Part shown: positions 9,577 through 18,066 of the stretch, in pieces
Layout of the letters: each line of letters opens with the position of its first letter
Numbering within the stretch: position 1 is the stretch's first letter
Sequence record: OR805295.1
Direction: 5' to 3' (one strand)
Length of the DNA stretch: 64,000 nucleotides
Notes under the pieces: model-generated
Told to the model about the DNA's origin: nothing
Databases searched by the model: none
The model's input: the letters and a program-made list of their open reading frames with translations, nothing else
Made by a program: the position numbers and the translations under genes

Positions 9577-10311
9577 ATTAGTTTCTATTTTTGCTTTATC
9601 TAGTTGCTGTTTACTAATATATTTCGCATTAATTGTTATATTTTTGTTATCTTTTGCTTTAGTTAACCTATGAGCACCGTCTATTACATATAGTTTACCG
9701 TTGTCTTTATACACTATTATAGGGATGCTCACATCGGCAGCTTTTACTCTCGACGGCGCTAATTTGGTATATCGTAATATCCATGTTAAGTCTTTTATTT
9801 TAACACTTTCTACAGGAGCATGCTCTGTACTTCTAAAAATATCATCTAATCTATATTCATTACCATTATGCGTTAATGTACTATGTTTACCTTCTGTATA
9901 AGATTCAGAAATAGTATTAATGTTGTTGCCTATGTTAGATATTCTTGTTAAACTAGATTCAGTATCAGAAGCTATTATGTCTCTACTATCTCCTGATCCT
10001 TTAAAATCGTAAACAATTATTCTTACTACATTAGGGAATATAGAAGATTTATTTACTTTAAGTCTTTTTATACGGTTACCCTGGGTGTCGTATAATGTTT
10101 CGTCAATTATATTAATATTAAAAGATTTTGCTAAATCCTTTGCAGTAATACCTACCTCTGCGGGCGATTCTTTAGAATATCTAGCCCTATTATCTATTAC
10201 TAACTCGGTATTGTTAAAAAATGGATATTTATTCAATACATTGTTTAGTATTTTTTTAAATTTTGTATCTATAGGCTTAAACGGTAAAATCTCACCTTCT
10301 ATAAATCTCAT
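9562..10311 (-). CDS. Protein with C-terminal ParB/sulfiredoxin-like domain
   Basis: PIIVYKDNGKLYVIDGAHRL motif near the C-terminus; N-terminal half unrecognised. Confidence 0.6.
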   Translation of the reverse strand: MRFIEGEILPFKPIDTKFKKILNNVLNKYPFFNNTELVIDNRARYSKESPAEVGITAKDLAKSFNINIIDETLYDTQGNRIKRLKVNKSSIFPNVVRIIVYDFKGSGDSRDIIASDTESSLTRISNIGNNINTISESYTEGKHSTLTHNGNEYRLDDIFRSTEHAPVESVKIKDLTWILRYTKLAPSRVKAADVSIPIIVYKDNGKLYVIDGAHRLTKAKDNKNITINAKYISKQQLDKAKIETNKKEA

Positions 10312-10313
10312 TA

Positions 10314-10811
10314 TTATTTACTCAGCTGTTTTACTTTCTCTTTATTCTCTTCTGTCCAGAAATTATTCCAACTACAGAATACCCAACCCTTATAATCTAT
10401 ACTATTATTTACTTTAATACCGGTTTTTTCTTCAAATACTACCCATTTGCCTTGCCGCGTTATTTTTATAAAAATAATATTAAAATCACCCTCGCTAGCA
10501 GTATCGCGTACCTGTGATATCCATGTATCTAACTGTTTGCACTCTCCTTCGAACAACGAAGTAAATGAAAATTTTGCATACGATTTACATTCAGAATTAA
10601 AATGTTCCCATGTATCCGGAGGGAAAATATCACCTTTATAGGATTTGATTTGATTATTACCTAGTGATGTTTTTCTGACAGAATTTTGTCCTCCTATAAA
10701 GGCACCTGAATGTGCTGTTCTGGTAAAGGGTTCGTTGTAAAATGAGGTAAGATCTTTTGCTACATCTCGTTCCCAGCTACTACCTTTAATTTTACTTTTC
10801 GATCCAGACAT
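10314..10811 (-). CDS. Holliday junction resolvase-like PD-(D/E)XK nuclease (Hjc type)
   Basis: SKIKGSSWERDVAK...GDI...ECKSY motif pattern. Confidence 0.75.
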   Translation of the reverse strand: MSGSKSKIKGSSWERDVAKDLTSFYNEPFTRTAHSGAFIGGQNSVRKTSLGNNQIKSYKGDIFPPDTWEHFNSECKSYAKFSFTSLFEGECKQLDTWISQVRDTASEGDFNIIFIKITRQGKWVVFEEKTGIKVNNSIDYKGWVFCSWNNFWTEENKEKVKQLSK

Positions 10812-10885
10812 GTTTTGTTAACCTTTTATATACCTGTTAAATTTTACATTATTTAGTTAATTTTATACCCATATAATACTGTCGA

Positions 10886-10893
10886 GATAAATA
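10886..10893 (+). promoter_or_regulatory. Putative late promoter GATAAATA upstream of ORF-free region
   Basis: Exact motif match, pointing into the non-coding region. Confidence 0.5.
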
Positions 10894-10942
10894 TGTGTGT
10901 AGATAACTTATAGCATTATTTTTAACGATTTTAGTACAATGG

Positions 10943-10971
10943 TTGACAGTATTAATGTCGTATGCTATAAT
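10943..10971 (+). promoter_or_regulatory. Perfect consensus sigma70 promoter
   Basis: TTGACA (10943-48), 17 nt spacer, TATAAT (10966-71); no ORF of 60 aa or more for >1.3 kb downstream. Confidence 0.88.
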
Positions 10972-10977
10972 CCGCAA

Positions 10978-11880
10978 CATAATAAAACTAAAGGACGTAT
11001 GTAACAAAACAGACGTTCTCCTAAGTGTTTTAAAGTTTTTGCTTAGGAAGACCCAGTTGTATGTTTAAAGGGTGAACGGTAACGGGCATTCTTGTTTAAG
11101 ACTAGTTCTTATGAAGACATTGGCAACTAACATAGCAGCTTTGTTCCATCATTGGATATTGGTAGTAGAAACTATCCCCATCGTGCCTTTACTGTAGTAC
11201 CGTTAGAGACGGAGATAACGCAGGAAAAAAGGTTATTTAAATTATGATTTTGGGTGCTGCAGAACACTTTCGTAAACAAAAGGAATATAGTTTACGTATA
11301 CACAACGGGAACGGGAAAAAGCTTTTTAAGCAAAAACGAGTCCCTGGTAATTGGTGTTTAACGGGAGTGACGTCCCAAATGTTATTCATTGATTAACACT
11401 GTAAGAAGGTTGTAAGGGTTATTGTGTTCGAAGTGGTTTACACAACTGTTCTTCCTACATTTATGTACAGAAGTGTAAACGAAAGGATGTTGCTCTGGTA
11501 GAAAAAGATCAACGTACTTTATGACACTATCCTTGTGACATATGTACTTGTACCAACAACAGCCGCAGGTTACGGATATGGTATTACAAACTGTACTGCG
11601 GTTCCGGGAGTTGAAAGTGGATGTTAGCTTAGGTGGCTGTTTGCTTAATTATAATGTTTAATTTAGGCAATATAAGCGTCGGGTGAGGCTTTCGTAGGTT
11701 GCGTGTTTATGCTACGGTGTAAATGGGCTAGACTACTGGCGCATACATGAGTATTGTAGGATTGGCGCTTTAATAAAGAAATTTGTTAAAGTTTGAGTTT
11801 AGCTCCCCGCTCATTAGCAATAAACGTTGCTAGTCGATAGTATACCCACGCCTAAATAATGCCGTCATTGTTTAGTTTTT
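10978..11880 (+). ncRNA. Candidate large structured non-coding RNA (~900 nt), family unassigned
   Basis: ORF-free, GC-enriched (43-47% in two 60-nt lines counted, inside an AT-rich genome), many stems with G-U pairs on the + strand, perfect promoter at the 5' end. 3' end uncertain (11880-11942). Confidence 0.65.
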
Positions 11881-11887
11881 TTAAAAA

Positions 11888-12172
11888 ATATAATTGTCAA
11901 TTATATGTCGTACGCATCTACCCCGAAAAGGGGTAGATGTTTATGACTTTCGTTTACACTCATGTCATAATCAGTACACGCCATTTTAGGCCATTCTACA
12001 TCAATACACTGCTTCTAGCAGTGTATTGGACATACAAAATAATCTTAAATTATATCAAATTTGTTTAATTACTTTAATTTTGTTACTTTAGTAACTTGTA
12101 TTTTGTTTATATGAGTTGTAGTTTACGAAAACGAATATAAACAAAATACATATGTGAACTGTAGTTCACATA
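11888..12172. repeat. Cluster of perfect inverted repeats
   Basis: Arms 11888-96/11898-906 (9 bp), 11915-24/11930-39 (10 bp), 11941-47/11964-70 (7 bp), 12002-12/12018-28 (11 bp), 12097-112/12135-150 (16 bp), 12151-60/12163-72 (10 bp). Confidence 0.9.
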
Positions 12173-12284
12173 CTTACTAACGTTGTATATTACGGTAATT
12201 CTATAAAATATCTCTATATAATTATAAACGTTTTATGGCATACTACGACTAAACGAAATTGAAAATTAACTAGAGATTTAATTA

Positions 12285-12292
12285 GATAAATA
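12285..12292 (+). promoter_or_regulatory. Putative late promoter GATAAATA
   Basis: Exact motif ending 32 nt upstream of ORF 12325. Confidence 0.55.
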
Positions 12293-12324
12293 ATATTGTA
12301 AAAATTGTATAGAGGTATACATCA

Positions 12325-12777
12325 ATGAACGATTACACACATTACACAGAGGAAGATTTCATATTTTTAGCATATGATTTAAATACTCAGCTTATAAATG
12401 ATGGATATCCTGACGCTGCTGTAAAATTTATTACTAATCAGTTTATTTTAGAGCATAGACATCCTGACGAAATAAAACGTTGTATAGGATGTAATTCTAA
12501 AATGTATGAAGATGTTATTGCTACTAAGAGAAATTTATCTGGTAAATCGCATTGCAGACATTGCGAATCGAAACTTAGTATGTATAAGGAAGTTGTTAAG
12601 GAAGTAGCAAATACAACACAAATACTTCGCATACCAGAAAAACATTTAAATTCAGTTAAACGATTAATTAGAATATATAATGAGCAAAACAAAACTGGTG
12701 CATATCAGAGTATATTAGTTAAAACAAAGAAACTTAACACAGGAGTTTCTAAAAAGTCAAAAAGAAAGGGACGTTAA
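12325..12777 (+). CDS. Putative zinc-binding, basic nucleic-acid-binding protein
   Basis: CIGC...CRHC pairs, K/R-rich C-terminus (KKSKRKGR); GAGG RBS. Confidence 0.6.
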   Translation: MNDYTHYTEEDFIFLAYDLNTQLINDGYPDAAVKFITNQFILEHRHPDEIKRCIGCNSKMYEDVIATKRNLSGKSHCRHCESKLSMYKEVVKEVANTTQILRIPEKHLNSVKRLIRIYNEQNKTGAYQSILVKTKKLNTGVSKKSKRKGR

Positions 12778-12793
12778 TTGTCCCTTTCTTTTT
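12759..12793. terminator. Bidirectional intrinsic terminator
   Basis: AAAGAAAGGGAC-7-GTCCCTTTCTTT; lies between the stop of ORF 12325 and the stop of the start-less minus-strand ORF ending at 12792. Confidence 0.85.
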
Positions 12794-13013
12794 ATAGGAA
12801 GCTTCTACCTGTTTCTGCTTCAATTTTTTGTTTAATAAATTCTCCTAAACGTACCCGCTCTTGATATGATAAAGACCAAGCAGTGTGCCAGTCAAATCCA
12901 TTAATTTTATCACATATTTGGACTATTTCGCCTTCTAATCCCAGTGATTCTTGTTCATATTCTTGTATAACGTTCCTAATATCATCTGGGGTTCCCGATA
13001 CTAGGATTCTCTG
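12792..13013 (-). CDS. Start-less 73-codon ORF, C-terminal extension of the gp26-like protein via -1 frameshift (gp51/gpT-like)
   Basis: QRILVSGTPDDIRNVIQEYEQESLGLEGEIVQICDKINGFDWHTAWSLSYQERVRLGEFIKQKIEAETGRSFL*; no ATG/GTG/TTG at its 5' end after the in-frame upstream TAA; entered by a -1 slip at 13013-13019. Confidence 0.72.
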   Translation of the reverse strand, partial: QRILVSGTPDDIRNVIQEYEQESLGLEGEIVQICDKINGFDWHTAWSLSYQERVRLGEFIKQKIEAETGRSFL

Positions 13014-13019
13014 AAAAAA
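12974..13019 (-). promoter_or_regulatory. -1 programmed ribosomal frameshift signal
   Basis: Slippery heptamer T TTT TTC (13019-13013), 6-nt spacer AGAGAA, 10-bp stem TCCTAGTATC/GATATTAGGA (13006-12997 / 12983-12974). Confidence 0.72.
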
Positions 13020-13855
13020 CTTACTGGATTAAAATCTACAGGTACTACAAAACTTTTATTACAGTTGTCACATACTGCATCAAAGTCGCCATTAACTCCT
13101 ACTTGATTTATTTCTTTTAAAAGACTATCTATTTTATTAACATCTGCTCTATCTATATTTGCTATAAATTCTTTTATATCAGCCAGTGTCTGAGGAGTAT
13201 TATTAACTATATCTATACCGTTAGTTTCATCTACAATACGAACTATTGTTTTTGCAATTAATTCGAAATTTAATGATGACAGTTCATTTATTGTGTTAGA
13301 AAATGCAGAAAGTTTTTCTTCATCTGAATACATATCGCTTTGCATTATTCTAATAAATTTTGCTTGTTCTAATGCAGTTTTTGCAACTGTCATATTATCT
13401 GAAAAATCATATGGTCTAATAAATATAGATAGACCGTTATCGAGGTTCACGACGTATTGATCTTCTAAATAAGTGGACGTATTAATAACATTTAATAAGT
13501 CTATTCCATATAAATTTTTATGATTACAATGCGGGCACGTAGAAGAAATATCTATTGTGTTACCGTATGATGCTGCTTTTATAGCAACACATATCATATG
13601 AATGTCATTAATTAAGAGTTTATTTACATCTTTAATTCCCGGTACACAACTCTTAATTACTTCTTTTAAGCCTTCACCGTTCACTAATGCATCAGGATTT
13701 TTTATTAATACTTCATCTTTTCCTGTCATAGCATATACCCCTAGTTCTCCGGAATCGGTGTATTCTACAACATTTGATGGATAAAATGAATTTCCGCTGG
13801 GCAAACGAATATAAGATTTGAATGTTCTGTAATATTGATGTAATTTGTTGCTCAT
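13001..13855 (-). CDS. gp26: Baseplate hub / tail assembly chaperone, gp26-like
   Basis: YIRLPSG..Y, YAMTGKDE..IKNPDAL, SCVP, CPHC and CDNC zinc pairs, ends FF like T4-type gp26; divergent from tape measure. Confidence 0.8.
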   Translation of the reverse strand: MSNKLHQYYRTFKSYIRLPSGNSFYPSNVVEYTDSGELGVYAMTGKDEVLIKNPDALVNGEGLKEVIKSCVPGIKDVNKLLINDIHMICVAIKAASYGNTIDISSTCPHCNHKNLYGIDLLNVINTSTYLEDQYVVNLDNGLSIFIRPYDFSDNMTVAKTALEQAKFIRIMQSDMYSDEEKLSAFSNTINELSSLNFELIAKTIVRIVDETNGIDIVNNTPQTLADIKEFIANIDRADVNKIDSLLKEINQVGVNGDFDAVCDNCNKSFVVPVDFNPVSFFRES

Positions 13856-13874
13856 AATGTGTATATGCTCTTTT

Positions 13875-13902
13875 GATAAATATGCTATATACCGTATTTA
13901 TC
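13875..13902. promoter_or_regulatory. Pair of oppositely oriented late promoters (GATAAATA + at 13875-82; - at 13895-902)
   Basis: Two exact motif copies in the 69-nt gap between gp26-like and tape measure genes. Confidence 0.65.
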
Positions 13903-13924
13903 ATAGCATTTTATAGAGGTTCTT

Positions 13925-16321
13925 GTGGCAGAAGATATTAGAATTGTTGGCGTTGATCCTAGTGTCCCTGGCTGGGCTCGAGAAGAAACTCTTAATAAAA
14001 TAGTATCTGAGTTAAAAAAACTCAATGGATCTAATACAAGAGAAAACGACGAACTAAAAGATGCAGTAGATGAACTAGTTAGGGTAACCCGTAGATCTAA
14101 CGAAGATACATCTAGAACAGATAATAACACTGAAATAAAAGAAGCATTAAATAGATTATCTTCTTCGTTAAAACAACAGAAAAAATCTGATAATTCTTTA
14201 TCTGCAAAGCAAGGGGGAAACAAACCTCCCGTATTGCCGCCTGACAATAAGAAATCTAAATTAGATACAGATACTATAGGCGCATTTATTACTGCCGTCG
14301 GTACTGCTTCAAAGGCAGTAGCAAAATTTACTTTAAGTATGGCATCTTTTGCAGTTGGCGGAAGTATATATGCTGCATTAAAGCAAGCTGCATCGTCGCA
14401 ACTTACTTTATCTAGAGATTTATATAAATCAGGTTGGAACTTCGGAACGGTATTAGACGATGCATCTGGTATTATTAAATCTACCAACTTAGACGGTATT
14501 TCGTATGCCATAAAAGGTTTAGGTATAAATTCATCTGCACTATCTGAAGTATTAAAAGGCAATGAATTAGCAATACAAAAATACGGAATAAAATCGTTTG
14601 TAGATTTGTCTTCTAGCTTAAAAAGACAAGGCAATAGCTTAGGTATGTCTTTAAAAGAAACAGCAGATTATGTAGGAGAATATTTAGAATCTCAACGTTT
14701 AATGGGTACATTTGATAAAATGCGCCAAGTAAACATGACTGCCCTTGCATCTAAAGCACTTAAAGATACCCAAGCATTTGCTACTGCGTTAAGAATGTCT
14801 ACAGAAGACCTACAGGCAAAAATGAATGAAAGTTTAAAAGATGTAGACTTTCGTGTAGCAATAGAATCAGTTAACGCAAATTCTAAAGAAGCCGCTGCCC
14901 AAATTTATGCTGCTTTGCCAGAACAATTGCAAACTATGTTTAAGGTAGCTCTTAAAGATACTCCGTCTTTTATGGCATCTAAAGAATACGCCGATTTGAT
15001 AAAATCCGGGCAAGGAGAATTAGCTAGACAAATAATTGCAGTATCATCTGGACTGAAATCTGGTAATATAACTAACGGTCAGGCAGATGATGCAATGAAA
15101 CGACTTATAAAATCTACTAGTTTTGCAGAAAGTACAATGCGTAGACTTGCTATGCTAGATGCTCGTGGACTAATAGATAGTAATGTTGCTGCTGCTGCGT
15201 ATGGATTAAAAGACCTTAGAGATAAAATGGATGGTCATTATGAAGGAATCCAAAATACAGAAGCTACAAATTTAGCAAAAGTTGAAGATGTAAGAAATAG
15301 AGCATTAGCTGTATTAGATACGTTTGTATCATCTATAATGAGAGCAGGATTCGAATCTGACGAATTTGCTAAATTATTAGATAATGCAAATGAAATGTTA
15401 AAAACAATTCATAATACAGCAGAAGACTTAGGTAAACAATTAGGTCCGGAATTATTTAAATTTGTTAACAATGCTATGGAATATCTAAATGGTTTATTTA
15501 GTAAAGATGTAGCAGGAAATATAAATGTAAATTATTCTAAAATAATAGGAGATATTTTAACAAGTTCCGGTGCTGCTATAGTAGTTGGCGTTCTTGCTAT
15601 TATGACTACATTTAAAGGTGTTGTTATTTCTTCGTTATCGTCGTGGCTTAAAGGTGCATCAGGACCTATGTCATCATTAGGTGGCACAGTAAAAACTATA
15701 GCAGGAAGATTAGGGGCATTTGCAGCACTAGCAGTATCGTTTACGAATGGAATAGGTAGATTAAGTCAATCAATTTCAGAAGGCGGCGATGCAATAGAAT
15801 CTGCATTGAATTTTTTATCGGGCGCAGGCGAAGGTATAATAGATCCTGTGTTTAAATCCCTTACATGGGCAGCTAACAAATTAGGTATAGTATCTGATGA
15901 AGCAGCAGATGGATTTAGTAAATACATCAGTGATACTAATTTGCAACAGTTCTTGGGTCTACAAGATATACCTATAAAAGTAGAAACTACTAATAAACCT
16001 GCATATACACCGCCTGGACCTACTGCTACTAAAACATCTGCATACGGTAAAATAGAAACTCCGAAAGCTCCTGCTATAATTCCTACAGCTCAGCCAGATG
16101 TAGCAGATGCAGCAAAACAAAGTCCTACTCCTGTAGATCCTACTAGCAATATAAAGCCTATAGAAAATACAGGAATGAGTTCTCAAGACATGCTAAATAG
16201 AAGTACAGATAAACTTATACGTTTACAAGAAGAACAAATACGACAGTTACAAGAGCTTGTAGATATTCAGCGCAGAGCATTAGCTGCTACTAGAGAAACT
16301 GGATTTACAAGAACTAGGTAA
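13925..16321 (+). CDS. Tape measure / gp29-like baseplate hub protein
   Basis: 798 aa, helical Ala/Ser/Leu-rich with hydrophobic segments (GAAIVVGVLAIMTTF); N-terminal WAREETL; next to chaperone and portal. Confidence 0.7.
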   Translation: MAEDIRIVGVDPSVPGWAREETLNKIVSELKKLNGSNTRENDELKDAVDELVRVTRRSNEDTSRTDNNTEIKEALNRLSSSLKQQKKSDNSLSAKQGGNKPPVLPPDNKKSKLDTDTIGAFITAVGTASKAVAKFTLSMASFAVGGSIYAALKQAASSQLTLSRDLYKSGWNFGTVLDDASGIIKSTNLDGISYAIKGLGINSSALSEVLKGNELAIQKYGIKSFVDLSSSLKRQGNSLGMSLKETADYVGEYLESQRLMGTFDKMRQVNMTALASKALKDTQAFATALRMSTEDLQAKMNESLKDVDFRVAIESVNANSKEAAAQIYAALPEQLQTMFKVALKDTPSFMASKEYADLIKSGQGELARQIIAVSSGLKSGNITNGQADDAMKRLIKSTSFAESTMRRLAMLDARGLIDSNVAAAAYGLKDLRDKMDGHYEGIQNTEATNLAKVEDVRNRALAVLDTFVSSIMRAGFESDEFAKLLDNANEMLKTIHNTAEDLGKQLGPELFKFVNNAMEYLNGLFSKDVAGNINVNYSKIIGDILTSSGAAIVVGVLAIMTTFKGVVISSLSSWLKGASGPMSSLGGTVKTIAGRLGAFAALAVSFTNGIGRLSQSISEGGDAIESALNFLSGAGEGIIDPVFKSLTWAANKLGIVSDEAADGFSKYISDTNLQQFLGLQDIPIKVETTNKPAYTPPGPTATKTSAYGKIETPKAPAIIPTAQPDVADAAKQSPTPVDPTSNIKPIENTGMSSQDMLNRSTDKLIRLQEEQIRQLQELVDIQRRALAATRETGFTRTR

Positions 16322-16350
16322 TAAACACAATATATATTGAGATAGAGTAC

Positions 16351-18066
16351 ATGTCTAGTTGGAAAAAACATTTTAAGCCTGCATCAAATTCAGCGCTGCC
16401 TATACAAACTAAAAATACATCTGGTTATGCTTCTGCTGTTTCAAAATATAACACATGGCTTCCTGAAGTTTATATGGGTCCGCCTAACAGATTGGAGCGG
16501 TACATTCAGTATGAACAAATGGATCTAGATCACGAAGTAAACACTGCATTAGATACTATAGCAGAGTTTTCCACACAACCGGACGGTGTAACCGGGTTGC
16601 CATTAAATATAAAATTTACAGAAGAACCTACTGAAACAGAATTAAAAATTTTAACAAAAAGCTTAAAAAGATGGATACATCTTAATAAGTTTGAAGATAG
16701 GCTTTTCGGTATTTTTAGATCTACAATAATGTATGGAGATCAATTCTTTATAAGAGATCCGGAAACTTACGAATTATATTGGGTAGACCCGCACAAAGTA
16801 GAAAAAATAATTGTTAACGAAAGTAAAGGAAAAGAAATAGAGACCTATTTCATTAAAGATGTCGATTTAAATACTGCAGAGTTAGTAGGATCTAATGTAA
16901 CTAATAAAATACAAATAGGATACGGAAACACAGCATCTGCTTTCCCCCAAGCAACTATGGGAATAAATCCTGCAGGACCATACGCATCTGCAAATAATCC
17001 TAGTCAGAATGGCTCATTAGCTAACAGCGAAGCTATGCCGATAAATGCAAAGCATATAGTTCATTTTTCTATGACGGAAGGTATGAATTCTGCGTGGCCG
17101 TTTGGTACTAGTGAATTAGAGACTATATTTAAAGTATATAAGCAAAAAGAAATGCTTGAAGATGCAATGCTTATATATAGAATTCATCGCGCACCAGAAA
17201 GACGTGTGTTTATTATTGACACAGGTAACTTACCTCCTAACAAAGCTCAGCAAGTGTTAGAGCGCGTTAAATATGAAGTACAACAAAAAAGGATTCCTAA
17301 TAAAACCGGCGGCGGAAGTAACATTCTAGACTCGTCATATAACCCTCTTTCTACTCTTGAAGATTATTATTTTGCTCAGTCAGCAGACGGCAGAGGATCG
17401 AAAGTAGATGTTTTACCGGGAGGTTCTAATCTAGGCGAAATAGATGATATGCGTTATTTTAATAATAAAATGATGCGTGCGTTAGGAGTTCCTAGTTCGT
17501 ATCTGCCTACAGGACCCGATGATGGTACAGCAGGGTATAATGACGGAAGAGTAGGAACTGCATATATACAAGAATTTAGATTTAGTGAAAGATGCAAAAG
17601 ACATCAACGCCAAATAGTAAAAACATTAGATAAAGAATTTAAACTATATCTTAAGTTTAGTGGTATTACTATAGACAATAGTATATTTAATATAACATTT
17701 GTAGAGCCACAAAATTTTGCTAAATATCGACAAATAGATATGGATTCTGCTCAAGTTGCAGTTTTCAATGGGATTGCCGATGTCCCCTACATAAGTAAGC
17801 GGTTTGCATTGAAACGTTATTTAGGTTGGGGAGAAGCTGAAATTCTAGAAAACGAAAAGATGTATGCAGAAGAGCAGAGTCTTAAAAACAAACGTGGTAA
17901 AAAAGCTGATGCTGGTATGAGACAAGTGGGTATTTCGCCAGCTGCGCTAGCTGGTGTTGGGGAGTTTGATACCAGTGCAGTTAGTGATAGTTCTGACTTC
18001 GGTGATGACGATATAGTCGATGATATCGATTTAGATCAAACAGTAGAAGACTTTGGGAAAGAATAA
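16351..18066 (+). CDS. gp20: Portal protein gp20
   Basis: EQMDLDHEVNTALD, MLEDAMLIYRIHRAPERRVFIIDTGNLP, EDYYF, LPGGSNLGEIDD motifs. Confidence 0.95.
   Translation: MSSWKKHFKPASNSALPIQTKNTSGYASAVSKYNTWLPEVYMGPPNRLERYIQYEQMDLDHEVNTALDTIAEFSTQPDGVTGLPLNIKFTEEPTETELKILTKSLKRWIHLNKFEDRLFGIFRSTIMYGDQFFIRDPETYELYWVDPHKVEKIIVNESKGKEIETYFIKDVDLNTAELVGSNVTNKIQIGYGNTASAFPQATMGINPAGPYASANNPSQNGSLANSEAMPINAKHIVHFSMTEGMNSAWPFGTSELETIFKVYKQKEMLEDAMLIYRIHRAPERRVFIIDTGNLPPNKAQQVLERVKYEVQQKRIPNKTGGGSNILDSSYNPLSTLEDYYFAQSADGRGSKVDVLPGGSNLGEIDDMRYFNNKMMRALGVPSSYLPTGPDDGTAGYNDGRVGTAYIQEFRFSERCKRHQRQIVKTLDKEFKLYLKFSGITIDNSIFNITFVEPQNFAKYRQIDMDSAQVAVFNGIADVPYISKRFALKRYLGWGEAEILENEKMYAEEQSLKNKRGKKADAGMRQVGISPAALAGVGEFDTSAVSDSSDFGDDDIVDDIDLDQTVEDFGKE

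Noticed and set aside
10812-12324. CRISPR array or tRNA cluster in the large ORF-free gap
   Set aside because: No regularly spaced direct repeats and no cloverleaf with T-loop and CCA was found by eye; the repeats are inverted, not direct.
13885-14634. 249-aa minus-strand ORF and other antisense ORFs over tape measure, scaffold, capsid, sheath, fibres and rIIA
   Set aside because: Shadow ORFs opposite well-supported genes, with no RBS, promoter or motifs.
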